Of a DNA stretch of 64,000 nucleotides, positions 45,960 through 56,382 are shown piece after piece (position 1 is the first letter of the stretch; each line of letters begins with the position of its first letter). The position numbers and the translations under genes are program-made. Location of the stretch: positions 25,552 through 89,551 of the forward strand of contig CAUJGP010000037.1 of NCBI GenBank assembly GCA_963170155.1, written 5' to 3'. The notes beneath the pieces are model-generated. The model worked only from the letters and a program-made list of their open reading frames with translations, did no database searches and had not been told where the DNA came from. The DNA is from Bdellovibrionota bacterium. GTDB lineage: Bacteria > Bdellovibrionota > Bdellovibrionia > Bdellovibrionales > Bdellovibrionaceae.

Positions 45960-48900
45960 ATGAACATAGCAGAAGTCTCTATTAAAAATCATGTTTTTAC
46001 TTGGATGTTAATGGCCGCACTGATTATTTTCGGAGGATTGGCTTTTGAACGAATGGGTGTCAGCCAATTGCCAGATGTGGATTTTCCGACAGTCAATGTC
46101 AACGTTAGTCTTGATGGGGCCTCTCCTGAAGTCATTGAAATGACCGTGGTTGATGTTTTAGAAGGAGCTATTACATCAGTTCCGGGGATCTCAAGTATAT
46201 CGTCATCTTCCAGAACAGGATCGGCCAGTATTTCGGTTGAGTTTGGATTGGATAAAAAAATCGACGTGGCCGTCCAAGAGGTGCAAAGTGCGATCAGTCG
46301 GGTGCAAAGACGATTGCCGGTGGATGTAGAGCCTCCTTCTGTGAGTAAGTCCAACCCAGAAGATGATCCTATTTTATGGTTAAGCGTGAGTGCGGATCAA
46401 ATGAGTCGCAAGGAATTGATGAAACTCGTGCGAGACCGAGTTCAGGATCGTTTTTCTACAATCGAAGGTGTCGGAGAGGTGGTTTTGAGAGGTTTTGTGG
46501 AGCCTAACTTAAGGGTATGGCTTTCACAAGATCAACTGAACCACTATCAATTAACAGCCTCGGACGTGATTGCTACGATTCAACGAGAGCATTCCGAAAG
46601 TCCCGGGGGACGTATTGAGAACGAAGAGCAAGAGTTCAATATTCGTACTTTAGGCGAAGCTCCCAGTGTGAAAGATTTTGAAAATATCACTATTTCAAGG
46701 CGGGGAGGGAGTCTTAATTTTCTTCCCATTTCATTGAAATCTGTAGCGCGCATTGAGGATGGTACCGCCGATGTCAGAAGCTTAAGTCGTTCTCAAGGGA
46801 AAACATCGGTAGGTCTGGGGATTAAAAAACAACCAGGTTCTAATGCTGTCTCAGTCGCTCATAAGGTGAAGGAAAGAGTGACGGAAATTTCCAGTCAGCT
46901 ACCGGAGGGCGTGGATATTGGCGTGCGTTTCGATACCACTCAATTTATTGAAGAAGCGGTAGGTGAGTTGAATTTTACGCTTCTTTTTTCTGCTATTTTG
47001 ACAGCTCTTATTTGTTGGCTTTTCTTAGGGTCTTGGACTGCAACACTGAATGTGATTTTGGCGATACCGACGTCTGTGATCGGAACATTTATTGTATTGC
47101 AGATTTTGGGATTCACACTCAATACTTTCACTTTACTCGGTTTGTCGTTGGCGATTGGAATCGTGGTGGATGATGCCATTATGGTTCTTGAAAATATTGT
47201 GCGGCATCAGGAGCTTGGGAAAAACAGATTTCAATCCGCACTCGATGGCGCCCGAGAAATCACATTGGCCGCTTTGGCCGCTACAGCAGCCATTATTGCC
47301 ATTTTCTTACCTGTCGCCTTTATGCAGGGTGTGATTGGAGAGTATTTTCTGCAATTTGGAGTGACTCTTTCTGTTGCGGTTGCAATTTCTTTATTGGAAG
47401 CGCTCACCTTAACGCCGATGCGTTGTTCTCGCTATCTAGCGATTAGTCCACGCACCACTTGGGTTGGGATAGCCGTGGAAAAGGCCTTTCAGTTTTGTGA
47501 AGATGTTTACCGTAAAGTGATTCCATTGACATTAAAGCATCCAGCGTTGACTTTGTTTGCTGCTTTTCTTTTTTTTGCAGGAACATTATATATTGGTTCC
47601 AGAATTAAACAGGAGTTTATTCCTCCTCAAGATCAAAGTCGTCTTTCTCTTCGAGTGCAAACCCCAGTGGGCTCCTCATTAAGCTTCACAGACGCCAAGA
47701 TGTTAGAAATTGAGAAATATCTTTCGGAACGCCCTGAAGTGGAGAGTTATTTTAGTTCTGTGGGGGGCGGCTCTCAAGTCAATTCGGGACACGTTTCGCT
47801 CACACTAAAACCTCCAGCTCAACGTCAGCTTTCCGCACAGGATTTGGCCAATGATCTTCGTAAACATTTCCGAAAAATGAAAGATCTTCGCGTGACTGTT
47901 CATGATCCCTCTCTGGCTAGTTTAGGGGGACGGCGAGGGTCTCCAGTAGCTTTTACAATTCGAGGAGCAGATTGGAATAAGCTAATCGAATATTCAAAAG
48001 TGATTGCCGATGAGATGGAAAAAACAGAAATGATGACAGACATTGATTCGAATTATCAAGAAGGTATGCCTGAAATCCAAGTGATTCCAGATCGAGTTTT
48101 AGCAAGACAATATGGCGTGGATGTCGCAGATATTTCAGATACAGTGCATGTCATGATGGCGGGAAAGGTGGCTGGAAAATACACGCAGGGGAGCCGCCGG
48201 TATGATGTTCGGGTGAGTTTGCCTGCGACAGGTCGTGTTTCAGCCGAAACCATTAAAAAATTCAAGGTTCGTAACAATAGAGGCGAGTTAATTCCCCTCA
48301 CAAAGGTGGTTCGTCTTCAAGAGCGACCGAGTTTGCAATCGATCACCCGCGAAGACCGGGAGCGAGCCATCACAATGAGAGCCAATGTCGCCACTACCAG
48401 CTCTCAGGCTGAAGCGATTCAGGCTGTACAAGATATCACGAAGCGGGTTTTACCAAGTGGCTATTATTCCGTGATGAGTGGGAGTGCTAAAACATTTCAA
48501 GAATCTTTCTCGAGCTTATTTTTTGCTTTAGTGCTGGGAATTCTAGTATCTTATATGGTGCTGGCTTCACAGTTTAACAGCTTCATTCACCCTCTTACCA
48601 TCTTGATTGCCCTTCCATTTAGTATTTCGGGAGCTTTCTTAGCCTTGTATTTCGCCGGGCAAACATTGAATATTTATAGTATGATTGGGCTTATCTTATT
48701 GATGGGAATTGTGAAAAAGAATTCTATTTTATTAGTGGAGTTTACTAATCATAAAAAAGCAGAAGGTTTGGGAGTTCATCAAGCCCTTTTAGAGGCGTGT
48801 CCCGTACGGCTTAGACCTATTTTAATGACCTCAATCGCCACGATTGTCGGAGCGATTCCACCAGCTTTGGCGTTAGGACCTGGTGCGGAAAGTCGTATCC

Positions 48901-49040
48901 CCATGGCTTTATCTATTATTGGAGGAGTATTCGTTTCAACTCTTTTGACCTTATTTGTTGTTCCCTGTGTGTATCTGACATTTGAAAAAATTCTTGAATT
49001 TTCGTTTAAAAAGAAGGGATCTGTGGAACTTCTTGGTTAA
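45960..49040 (+). CDS. RND-family efflux permease (AcrB/AcrD/AcrF type)
   Basis: 1026 aa, 12-TM layout with two large periplasmic loops. GLSLAIGIVVDDAIMVLENI and ILLMGIVKKNSILLVEF are conserved TM4/TM10 regions. Confidence 0.9.
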   Translation: MNIAEVSIKNHVFTWMLMAALIIFGGLAFERMGVSQLPDVDFPTVNVNVSLDGASPEVIEMTVVDVLEGAITSVPGISSISSSSRTGSASISVEFGLDKKIDVAVQEVQSAISRVQRRLPVDVEPPSVSKSNPEDDPILWLSVSADQMSRKELMKLVRDRVQDRFSTIEGVGEVVLRGFVEPNLRVWLSQDQLNHYQLTASDVIATIQREHSESPGGRIENEEQEFNIRTLGEAPSVKDFENITISRRGGSLNFLPISLKSVARIEDGTADVRSLSRSQGKTSVGLGIKKQPGSNAVSVAHKVKERVTEISSQLPEGVDIGVRFDTTQFIEEAVGELNFTLLFSAILTALICWLFLGSWTATLNVILAIPTSVIGTFIVLQILGFTLNTFTLLGLSLAIGIVVDDAIMVLENIVRHQELGKNRFQSALDGAREITLAALAATAAIIAIFLPVAFMQGVIGEYFLQFGVTLSVAVAISLLEALTLTPMRCSRYLAISPRTTWVGIAVEKAFQFCEDVYRKVIPLTLKHPALTLFAAFLFFAGTLYIGSRIKQEFIPPQDQSRLSLRVQTPVGSSLSFTDAKMLEIEKYLSERPEVESYFSSVGGGSQVNSGHVSLTLKPPAQRQLSAQDLANDLRKHFRKMKDLRVTVHDPSLASLGGRRGSPVAFTIRGADWNKLIEYSKVIADEMEKTEMMTDIDSNYQEGMPEIQVIPDRVLARQYGVDVADISDTVHVMMAGKVAGKYTQGSRRYDVRVSLPATGRVSAETIKKFKVRNNRGELIPLTKVVRLQERPSLQSITREDRERAITMRANVATTSSQAEAIQAVQDITKRVLPSGYYSVMSGSAKTFQESFSSLFFALVLGILVSYMVLASQFNSFIHPLTILIALPFSISGAFLALYFAGQTLNIYSMIGLILLMGIVKKNSILLVEFTNHKKAEGLGVHQALLEACPVRLRPILMTSIATIVGAIPPALALGPGAESRIPMALSIIGGVFVSTLLTLFVVPCVYLTFEKILEFSFKKKGSVELLG

Positions 49041-49217
49041 TCACTATCGCGAAATTATTTTCGTATCGAAGCTGTGGGTGCCGCCAAATTGAAAAAGGAT
49101 TCATGGTTTTTCTAAACCTCATTTTGATATGCAAGAGGTGTTTCTGTATTTGGCTTGGGTTACGGAGGTCTCGTCTTTTTCCAAGTTTGCAACACCAACC
49201 TTTGTGTACAATACAGT

Positions 49218-50414
49218 TTATTGAAGCTTTGTAATGAATTTCTTCATTCGATTGAGCGCCTCTAGCATTCTTTCTGATTCAACGGCAAAGCTGATGCGCA
49301 GAAACCCTTCACAACCAAATTCAATGCCAGGAACAGCAGCCACAAAATACTTTTCTAATAAGATAGTTGCAAAATCTCGGGAGCTTGAGAGAATTTGATT
49401 TTCATATTTTTTCCCGAGGGTTTGAGAGATATCTACCCAAACATAAAAAGCCCCGTCTGGCTTTGCTGCTTTGATCAAGGGAATGCTATTGATGATTTTA
49501 AGAGAGGCTTCAAGTCTTTCTTTGAGAAGATGATTGGCTTTCACCATATCGGGATCACATTTTTTAATGGCAGTCAGAGCTGCTCTTTGGGAGATGCTGC
49601 TGGCGGAAGACGTTGCTTGTGATTGGTAATCCGCAATGGCTTTAATTAGGGCGGTGGGGCCAAGGGCCCATCCAATCCTCCATCCCGTCATTGCATAAGA
49701 TTTGGAGACTCCATTCACAATGATCGTGCGCTCTTTGAGCTCTGGCGTGCTTTCCAAAATATGGGGTGCGACGGTACAAGCCCCAAACATTAAATGATTA
49801 TAAATATCATCAGCGACAATAACGATACGCGGATGTTTTTTGAAGACGTCGCCAAGAGCTTTGAGTTCGTCTGAAGTGTAAGCGATTCCAGTAGGATTGT
49901 TAGGTGATGCAAATACGAAGGCCTTTGTTTTTGGAGTGATGGCTTTTTCCAAAAGTTCAGGAGTGATTTTAAAATGAGTGGCAGGACCGCATTCAATAAT
50001 GACGCTTTTCCCTTGGGCCAACTCGACCATGACAGGGTAGCTCACCCAATAGGGAGCGGGAATAATCACTTCATCACCCTCATCACACAGCATCTGAAAG
50101 GTAGCAAATAAAACAAATTTAGCACCAGTCCCAACAGTCACTTGAGAGGGACTATAATCCAATCCGTGATCTTTTTTGACTTGTTCACAAATAGCTTCAC
50201 GCAACTCTGGGATCCCATTCGCCGATGTGTATTTGGAAAAGCCTTCTTTAATGGCTTCGATCCCTGCTTGAGCGGCTATTTCAAAAGTAGGCCAATCAGG
50301 CTCTCCGACAGATAAAGAGATCACGTCGTTTCCTTGAGCCGCAATCTCCTTGGCTTTTGCAACCAATTGCAAGGTGGGGGATGGCTTCATGGATTGGGCT
50401 CGGCGGGATAACAT
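49218..50414 (-). CDS. Class-I pyridoxal-phosphate aminotransferase (aspartate/aromatic type)
   Basis: SPNNPTG, the SKSYAMTGWRIG lysine motif, and LRISFA. ATG 50414 lies 8 nt after AGGAG. Confidence 0.85.
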   Translation of the reverse strand: MLSRRAQSMKPSPTLQLVAKAKEIAAQGNDVISLSVGEPDWPTFEIAAQAGIEAIKEGFSKYTSANGIPELREAICEQVKKDHGLDYSPSQVTVGTGAKFVLFATFQMLCDEGDEVIIPAPYWVSYPVMVELAQGKSVIIECGPATHFKITPELLEKAITPKTKAFVFASPNNPTGIAYTSDELKALGDVFKKHPRIVIVADDIYNHLMFGACTVAPHILESTPELKERTIIVNGVSKSYAMTGWRIGWALGPTALIKAIADYQSQATSSASSISQRAALTAIKKCDPDMVKANHLLKERLEASLKIINSIPLIKAAKPDGAFYVWVDISQTLGKKYENQILSSSRDFATILLEKYFVAAVPGIEFGCEGFLRISFAVESERMLEALNRMKKFITKLQ

Positions 50415-50439
50415 AAGCAAACTCCTCATTAATATGAAA

Positions 50440-50925
50440 CTAAGTGGGTAATTTCAGTTTTTCCAAGAGAATGGGCTGAATATTGGGAGGAACTAAACCA
50501 TTAAGATTGCCCCCGTAACGGGCGATTTCTTTGATGGCCCGACTCGAAATATAATAACAATCAGGGCTCGCAAAGAACAGTGCGGTTTCTATATCAGGAA
50601 AAAGTTTTTTATTCATGCTAGCCATGGCCATTTCATATTCAAAATCCACCACGGCGCGAAGCCCTCTGACGATCACTTTAGCCTTGATTTTTTTTAAATA
50701 ATCTACCGTTAACCCTTGATGCACATCAACGCGCACATTTTTCAAATCCAGGAGATTGGATCGAAGAAACTCTTTTCTCTCTTCGGCTGTAAATAAATAA
50801 TTTTTATGAGGAGAGTAAGATACCAAGACAACGACTTCATCGTAGAGGGGAGTGAGCCGTTTTATAATATCAATGTGTCCAAGAGTGATCGGGTCAAAAC
50901 TTCCAGGATAAACTGCTGTTGCCAT
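50440..50925 (-). CDS. coaD: Pantetheine-phosphate adenylyltransferase
   Basis: AVYPGSFDPITLGHIDII nucleotidyltransferase motif, 161 aa. Confidence 0.9.
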   Translation of the reverse strand: MATAVYPGSFDPITLGHIDIIKRLTPLYDEVVVLVSYSPHKNYLFTAEERKEFLRSNLLDLKNVRVDVHQGLTVDYLKKIKAKVIVRGLRAVVDFEYEMAMASMNKKLFPDIETALFFASPDCYYISSRAIKEIARYGGNLNGLVPPNIQPILLEKLKLPT

Positions 50926-51125
50926 ACAACAGCAGTTTCATTGTTAGGAAAGGCATGTGTCAAGATCTGTGAATTGAATCCATCGTTGCTCGTTGTCATT
51001 AGCATTGAAAACTCAAAAAAAGATGGTTGATTATTGAATTTATACCTGCGAATACCTCATTTTTTTCCAATTGAGTGGCATCGATTGGTTGGGTATGAAA
51101 AAAAATTTCACGATAGCAAAGAACT

Positions 51126-51680
51126 TTATATCGATTCTGTTTGGCTAAAAAAACTTAAAATTTTGTCACCAAATTGCCTTTGATCCATGCATTGCAAGGA
51201 ATCATAATTCAAATTCAATTTTTCTTTTTTAGCAGATTCAATGGCGATGAGAGTTTTTTCATGAAAGAGAGAGCTTTTGCTTAAAGCCGACATTACTTCA
51301 TCTGCCATTTGTTTGGTAAAGGGAGGGTCGATGAGAATCAAATCAAATTTTTTGGGAGAAGGAAGCCTGAGGAAGGCAAGGACTTCTTTATTGACAATAA
51401 AATAGGGTTCTATGAGCTTGAGTTTTTCGATATTTTTGCGAATGAGTTCGAGGCTTTTAGGATGGTTTTCTACGAAGGTAACTTCTTGCGCTCCCCTTGA
51501 GAGAGCTTCGAGACCCAAGTTTCCTGTTCCTGAAAAGAGATCTAGGACTAATGAAGATGGAGTGTGATTTTGTAAAATATTAAATAAAGTCTCTTTCACA
51601 CGATCTGTTGTGGGCCGTATGTGGTCGGCAGAGAAGGAAATGAGTTGGTGGCCTTTGTATTTTCCAGAAATAATACGCAT
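51126..51680 (-). CDS. rsmD: 16S rRNA (guanine966-N2)-methyltransferase RsmD
   Basis: MRIISGKYKG, LDLFSGTGNLGLEA and IDPPF motifs. Upstream of coaD, as in many bacteria. Confidence 0.85.
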   Translation of the reverse strand: MRIISGKYKGHQLISFSADHIRPTTDRVKETLFNILQNHTPSSLVLDLFSGTGNLGLEALSRGAQEVTFVENHPKSLELIRKNIEKLKLIEPYFIVNKEVLAFLRLPSPKKFDLILIDPPFTKQMADEVMSALSKSSLFHEKTLIAIESAKKEKLNLNYDSLQCMDQRQFGDKILSFFSQTESI

Positions 51681-51689
51681 AGTGAGTCT

Positions 51690-52064
51690 TTATAATTTTT
51701 GTCGAATGGCTCTTTCGAAATCGGAAATCGCCCTTTCGTGTTCTTTGTTAATAGAGAGAAAGTGCATTTCGACTAGATACCCTTTCATAGTGGCTTTAGC
51801 ATCTTTATAACGATCCATGGTTTTAATAATTTTTATCTTTTCCGTGATTGTTTTGTTAAAATAAGGAAGAGTAAATTCCACGTTGTACTGATCTCCAATT
51901 TTAAATAAAACATCGGGGACTTCCATTTGAAATCCAACTTTAGTAACGCGCAAAATATCGCCTAGAACAGGAAGCATAGTCTCTGAGAGCCATACCTTCA
52001 CAGGGATGGGATAGGCTTTTATTTTAGATACAACTAAGGTTTCTTTAGCATTGTTTTTTCCCAT
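51690..52064 (-). CDS. Hypothetical protein, possibly a degenerate PilZ-like beta-barrel
   Basis: 124 aa. GDILRVTKVGFQMEV resembles the second PilZ motif region, but no RxxxR motif is present. Confidence 0.3.
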   Translation of the reverse strand: MGKNNAKETLVVSKIKAYPIPVKVWLSETMLPVLGDILRVTKVGFQMEVPDVLFKIGDQYNVEFTLPYFNKTITEKIKIIKTMDRYKDAKATMKGYLVEMHFLSINKEHERAISDFERAIRQKL

Positions 52065-52143
52065 AGAATACCTATTTTATTTTTTTTCTGAAAATGTGTA
52101 CAGGATTGATTTGGGACCCCATCATTTTTTATATTTCCTTTCT

Positions 52144-54129
52144 TTATACTGCTGGATCCGCCAGAGGAAGCCAAATCCAAAATTTAGATCCAGTCTCTTG
52201 TTGAGGTTCATAGCCGACAAGACCTTGATGGTTTTCAATAATTTGTTTAACAATATTTAAACCCAAGCCTGTTCCGTCTTTTCCCTTAGTAGAAATAAGT
52301 GGCTGGAACAATTGTTCTCTTAGTTTTTCTGGTACACCACAGCCGCTATCCACGACAGAAATTTGAACTCCATTTACTTCGTTGAGGGTCGACGATTCCG
52401 TGGAGAGCGTAATGGCTCCTGACGTGGTTATAGATTGATGGGCATTCTTGAGGAGATTGTAGAGAACTTGCTGCAATAAGGAAACGGACGCTAAAACGCG
52501 GTGTCTTTTTTGCGATAAATGAAGATGGAACCGGTGACCATGAATGAGAGCTTTGATCAGCGGAATTGTCTTTTCTACGATGGTTTCAGCATCAATGAGG
52601 GTTTTTTCTACCTTCCCTTTAGAAAAATAGGTGAAATCAGTTATAATTCTTAAGGACCTCAAGCTGGCTTTATGAATTTCTTTTAAATCATTTTGAGTTT
52701 GGAGAGAAAGGTTTTCCAATAAAAGGCCTTGTGTGGCTTGTTGATGAATTTGTTGTAGGGGTTGGGTGAGCGCGGAAGTTAAATCCCCTGCTAATTGGCC
52801 CACAGCCATCATTTTTTCTGATTGGAGAAGCTGATTATAGAGAACGTGTTCTGAGGTTATATCTACAAAATGCGCGATATAAGCGCCGGAACTGTGACTT
52901 TCGACGTTATAGATGGGAAAACAACGACAACTGTAAATTTTATTGAGAATTGAGACATCAGCGGGTGAAGAATTATTGGAGCTCGGAGATAACAGGTTCC
53001 AGAGAAAATCGGCATCGGGATTTTCTTCCAAGAGCGCTGTAAAATTTTGATTAGAACGAATGATTTTTTGTTTTTCAGAGACAATAGCAAGAGGATCGTT
53101 AAGATCATCAAAGGTGGAAGCCCAAAGATTTGTTCTGCTTTGCACTTCTTCTTGTAGAAGGTATTTCTCCAGGGTGAGCTTGATAAAAGACAATTGTTCT
53201 TGAAGTCGGCTTTCAAAGTCGGGAGAGAGAGGGCATTTCTCGTTGATTTCCACGAGTAAAAGAAAGGGGGTTTTTGATTCTTCTTGAAATAGAGAATAGC
53301 AGTATAGGTTTTTTAGGGATTTTTTTTGTAAAAAACTAATGGCTTCAGTTTGGGTGGAGTTAAGAACTGTAAGGCCCTTATTAAAGGCGGATTGAAAAAG
53401 ATTTTTTAAAAACTCACGTTGATGTGGTGTTTGAACAGAAGTTGATTCAAAATGAAATTTTCCGGCGCGTGAGACGATTTGCTGAAAAGCTTGTTTCTTA
53501 TGTTCAATAAAGAAAGAAATTTCTTTGACTCCCTTGATGGACCGGAGATTCATCCATAGGCATTGAACAACCTCTTCTATGTCTCGGCTCATCGATAGGG
53601 AACGAGCGAGGTGGATCAGGGAGTGAAATTTCTTTTGTCGTTCCTCTTCTTGTTTTGAGAATTGCTCTAGTTGCAAAATTTGATCATCATTAATTTTTTT
53701 TAGTACTCCCAGTGAGTTTTTCATGGCCGGAAGGCTTCCATGAGCTTTATTTTTATTTTTTTCTTCAGGTTCTTTTTTTTCATGGGCTAAAATCTGTGAT
53801 TTGATCAAAATATCTTGAAAGTCTTTTAATGTTTGGTTTTGTAACAGGAAATAAAAACGGTTGTGGGGTCGTACTCCCGCTTTGAGAGAGGACCAGAACC
53901 CCTCTTCTTCACATAAATAGATTTGTTGAGCCGAGGGGAATTGAAAGCCAAGGTCGCAAAGCCTCTGAAAATTGTCACTGATGATGAAGTTAGGGGAGCT
54001 TTGGTTGAGATTTTCTTCACTCTCGATCAGATGATAGAGATTTTCATTTTTGAAAGATCGAAGATGTTCTCTAATAGAATTAGAAAAAGGAGAATGAGCT
54101 CCTTCCCATAAAATGATTTTCATATTCAC
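52144..54129 (-). CDS. Soluble multidomain sensor kinase-like protein (receiver-like, GAF/PAS-like, DHp, HATPase) with Ser at the H-box His position
   Basis: N box LYNLLKNAHQS, G1 DSGCGVP, G2 GTGLGLNIV. DHp reads GQLAGDLTSALTQPL, where HisKA proteins have H-E/D-L-x-x-P-L. No TM segment seen. Confidence 0.75.
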   Translation of the reverse strand: MNMKIILWEGAHSPFSNSIREHLRSFKNENLYHLIESEENLNQSSPNFIISDNFQRLCDLGFQFPSAQQIYLCEEEGFWSSLKAGVRPHNRFYFLLQNQTLKDFQDILIKSQILAHEKKEPEEKNKNKAHGSLPAMKNSLGVLKKINDDQILQLEQFSKQEEERQKKFHSLIHLARSLSMSRDIEEVVQCLWMNLRSIKGVKEISFFIEHKKQAFQQIVSRAGKFHFESTSVQTPHQREFLKNLFQSAFNKGLTVLNSTQTEAISFLQKKSLKNLYCYSLFQEESKTPFLLLVEINEKCPLSPDFESRLQEQLSFIKLTLEKYLLQEEVQSRTNLWASTFDDLNDPLAIVSEKQKIIRSNQNFTALLEENPDADFLWNLLSPSSNNSSPADVSILNKIYSCRCFPIYNVESHSSGAYIAHFVDITSEHVLYNQLLQSEKMMAVGQLAGDLTSALTQPLQQIHQQATQGLLLENLSLQTQNDLKEIHKASLRSLRIITDFTYFSKGKVEKTLIDAETIVEKTIPLIKALIHGHRFHLHLSQKRHRVLASVSLLQQVLYNLLKNAHQSITTSGAITLSTESSTLNEVNGVQISVVDSGCGVPEKLREQLFQPLISTKGKDGTGLGLNIVKQIIENHQGLVGYEPQQETGSKFWIWLPLADPAV

Positions 54130-54716
54130 ATTTCAGACAGAACTTCTAGCCACGTTTGAAGTGCATCAGCAAGATCGTATTCGATGATATCCGCCATGAC
54201 CCCCGTGTTTTTATTGTTGAATGTATCAAGAAGCTCATTAAAACCTTTCCATAGTTTAAGCTCCGAGTTGGCCCATCGAGAAGGGAGTTTTATCTCCCGG
54301 TGTTGGCATAAGGAATTAATGGAATTGAGGCTATTGACGAGTAAATGGCACTGATCAATAAATTTGGATAATTCCATGGCGCATTGATCAATGGCTTTGA
54401 ATCTCAGGTGTTGAGACAGCTGATCAGAAGATTCAATAAGGTGAGGCAGATGTTGTTTCCAATAGGTAAGAACATCTTTGAAAAGTAGTAATGGATTCTC
54501 AGTATCAACAGAAAGTGTTTTGATTTCGGAAATAGGAGTATCTTTGAGGCGGTTTTCATCTTCTTCGGAGAGATGCAATTCATTCACATGGATGCGGCAA
54601 ATGACCTCTCCTTTTTTTTGAAATTCCTCTTCAAAGTGGTGAATGATGGATTTAAGATCGGAATAAGGACCAAAAACTTGTAGTAATTCGCTGTGGTCAA
54701 GATTGAGATGACTCAT
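54126..54716 (-). CDS. Hypothetical helical protein, translationally coupled between the GT9 and kinase genes
   Basis: 196 aa with no recognisable motif. Overlaps the GT9 stop by 20 nt and the kinase start by 4 nt (ATGA). Confidence 0.55.
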   Translation of the reverse strand: MSHLNLDHSELLQVFGPYSDLKSIIHHFEEEFQKKGEVICRIHVNELHLSEEDENRLKDTPISEIKTLSVDTENPLLLFKDVLTYWKQHLPHLIESSDQLSQHLRFKAIDQCAMELSKFIDQCHLLVNSLNSINSLCQHREIKLPSRWANSELKLWKGFNELLDTFNNKNTGVMADIIEYDLADALQTWLEVLSEM

Positions 54717-56163
54717 GAATTCCCTCCAGGGGTTGGGGTTCTAAGGTTAACCAGTATTGGATGATGGCACTGAAATCGGTGTGCACTTTCTCTGTAGCTT
54801 CAAAAACCATTTGAGGAGAGTTCGGTCCGATTAGTGCTTTTTGAGTTTGATACCAACGGATAAGAGACCTTAATTCCGGAATCAAGGCCCCGATGTTTTC
54901 AATGACTTCTTCACAACGTTCAATAATTCCAGAGACGACACTGACGTTTCTGGTTTTTTTGATGGTTTGAAATTGTTCCAGTATGACCTGATTGACTTCA
55001 AGAAGGTTTTGAAGTCCTTGTTGGATGGTTTTATTTTTTATTTTAGGCCAAGGCTCATTCATGTAAAGCGCCTTGAGCAAATGCCAGCTCCAGTCTTGAG
55101 TGCGCGTGTTGAGGGGCGCTTGATAGCTGGGGGATTCTCCCACGAGCGTGATGATATTTTCAGAAGATGCTGGAGCTTGAGTCAGGATCTTGAAGGCTTC
55201 AGTGGCCACTGTTTCTGAGGGAAGATCCGCTTCGGTTAACGCATAGAGAACGCGGCTCCCATTTGATCGTGGGCCGGTTTCCCAAAAATTGACCGTCGCA
55301 AAGCTGACATTGAGGGCTGGAGTATTAACGAGGCTGGCAATATGTAAAGGAGCCGAGTCACACCCAATGTAAAGAGCTGCACGAGCGATCAGAGGGAATA
55401 AATCAGAAAAGTTGAGTTCTCCTGTCTTGTTGAGAACTTGATCAGGATTAAATCCCAGAGCAATGAAATCAGCGTCGTGAGTCTCATCGCTATTTCCAAT
55501 GAGAACAATGGGGATGGAAGAGAGTTTTTGAAAATGGGTGATAAAGGTTCTCCATTTAAAAGGAGAAAATTTTTTATTATCCCGACTGGCTCCCACATGC
55601 AGAACAATGTAAGCTTCTAAGTTCAGAGGGCTGGGCGTTTGAACCTGTGTTTTCCAGTCGTCAGGATGTGGCTGTTGTTCTGCCATCATGGTGAAAAGAT
55701 CTGCAAGGTGAATTCGATTTTCTCGGTCAACTCCCACTTGAGCATAAAAGTAAGTGCTGACATCGTCTTTAATATTTAAGTAGCCATCGCTGGTTCTTGT
55801 GTACCCTGTGATTTTTGTTTCTGGGGTTTGAAGTTCGAAAGTTAAATAACTAGAGGCTGGAGACAAGGTAGCGTTGATGATCCATTGATAGGTGCGGCCT
55901 TTTAGGTCAGTGATGATTTGGTGAAGCGAAGTTAAACTTTCTTGAACGTATAGAGGTTCTTTTAAAAGCGGTTCAAAAATATTTTCTATAGGAAACTCGA
56001 TGACCTGATTGAGCTCTGAAAGTCCTTCCGTTGCTGTTTTAAACTTTGGTCTTACTAACATATCAATTTTGGCGTCGGGGTATTGTCTCTTCAATGCACG
56101 GACTTGAGGCCATGTTAATAGTATATCGCCCAAGCGTGCGAGTTGAATAATCAGTATATTCAT
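54697..56163 (-). CDS. Glycosyltransferase family 9 (heptosyltransferase-like) with ~170-aa C-terminal helical extension
   Basis: MNILIIQLARLGDILLTWP...YPDAKIDMLV N-terminus and a second Rossmann half (HVGAS...GCDSAPLHIAS) typical of GT9. ATG 56163 follows GGGAGGAAG. Confidence 0.75.
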   Translation of the reverse strand: MNILIIQLARLGDILLTWPQVRALKRQYPDAKIDMLVRPKFKTATEGLSELNQVIEFPIENIFEPLLKEPLYVQESLTSLHQIITDLKGRTYQWIINATLSPASSYLTFELQTPETKITGYTRTSDGYLNIKDDVSTYFYAQVGVDRENRIHLADLFTMMAEQQPHPDDWKTQVQTPSPLNLEAYIVLHVGASRDNKKFSPFKWRTFITHFQKLSSIPIVLIGNSDETHDADFIALGFNPDQVLNKTGELNFSDLFPLIARAALYIGCDSAPLHIASLVNTPALNVSFATVNFWETGPRSNGSRVLYALTEADLPSETVATEAFKILTQAPASSENIITLVGESPSYQAPLNTRTQDWSWHLLKALYMNEPWPKIKNKTIQQGLQNLLEVNQVILEQFQTIKKTRNVSVVSGIIERCEEVIENIGALIPELRSLIRWYQTQKALIGPNSPQMVFEATEKVHTDFSAIIQYWLTLEPQPLEGIHESSQS

Positions 56164-56382
56164 ACTTCCTCCCTTTTTTATTATAGTCATTAGGCTGGTG
56201 CGGCTAACAACTGGGAAGCACAAAATGTTACAGAACTAAACCTAGGCCTCGTCTAGTCTATGAGAGGATTTTTTTATGGCTCGTAATGCCATTATTAACT
56301 ATTCACGAAGGATATTTTTTTATTAATGAATATGAACAAATAAACCGAAAAGATGATTATTCTATCGGCGGAAGGAAAAGAA

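Noticed and set aside
45989-46354. 121-aa ORF antisense within the RND pump gene, along with similar ORFs at 46940-47179, 47092-47334 and 48056-48301
   Set aside because: They lie inside a 1026-aa gene with unmistakable RND motifs and have no independent support.
52863-53216. 117-aa same-strand alternative-frame ORF inside the kinase gene
   Set aside because: It is an alternative frame of a well-supported CDS, with no start context.
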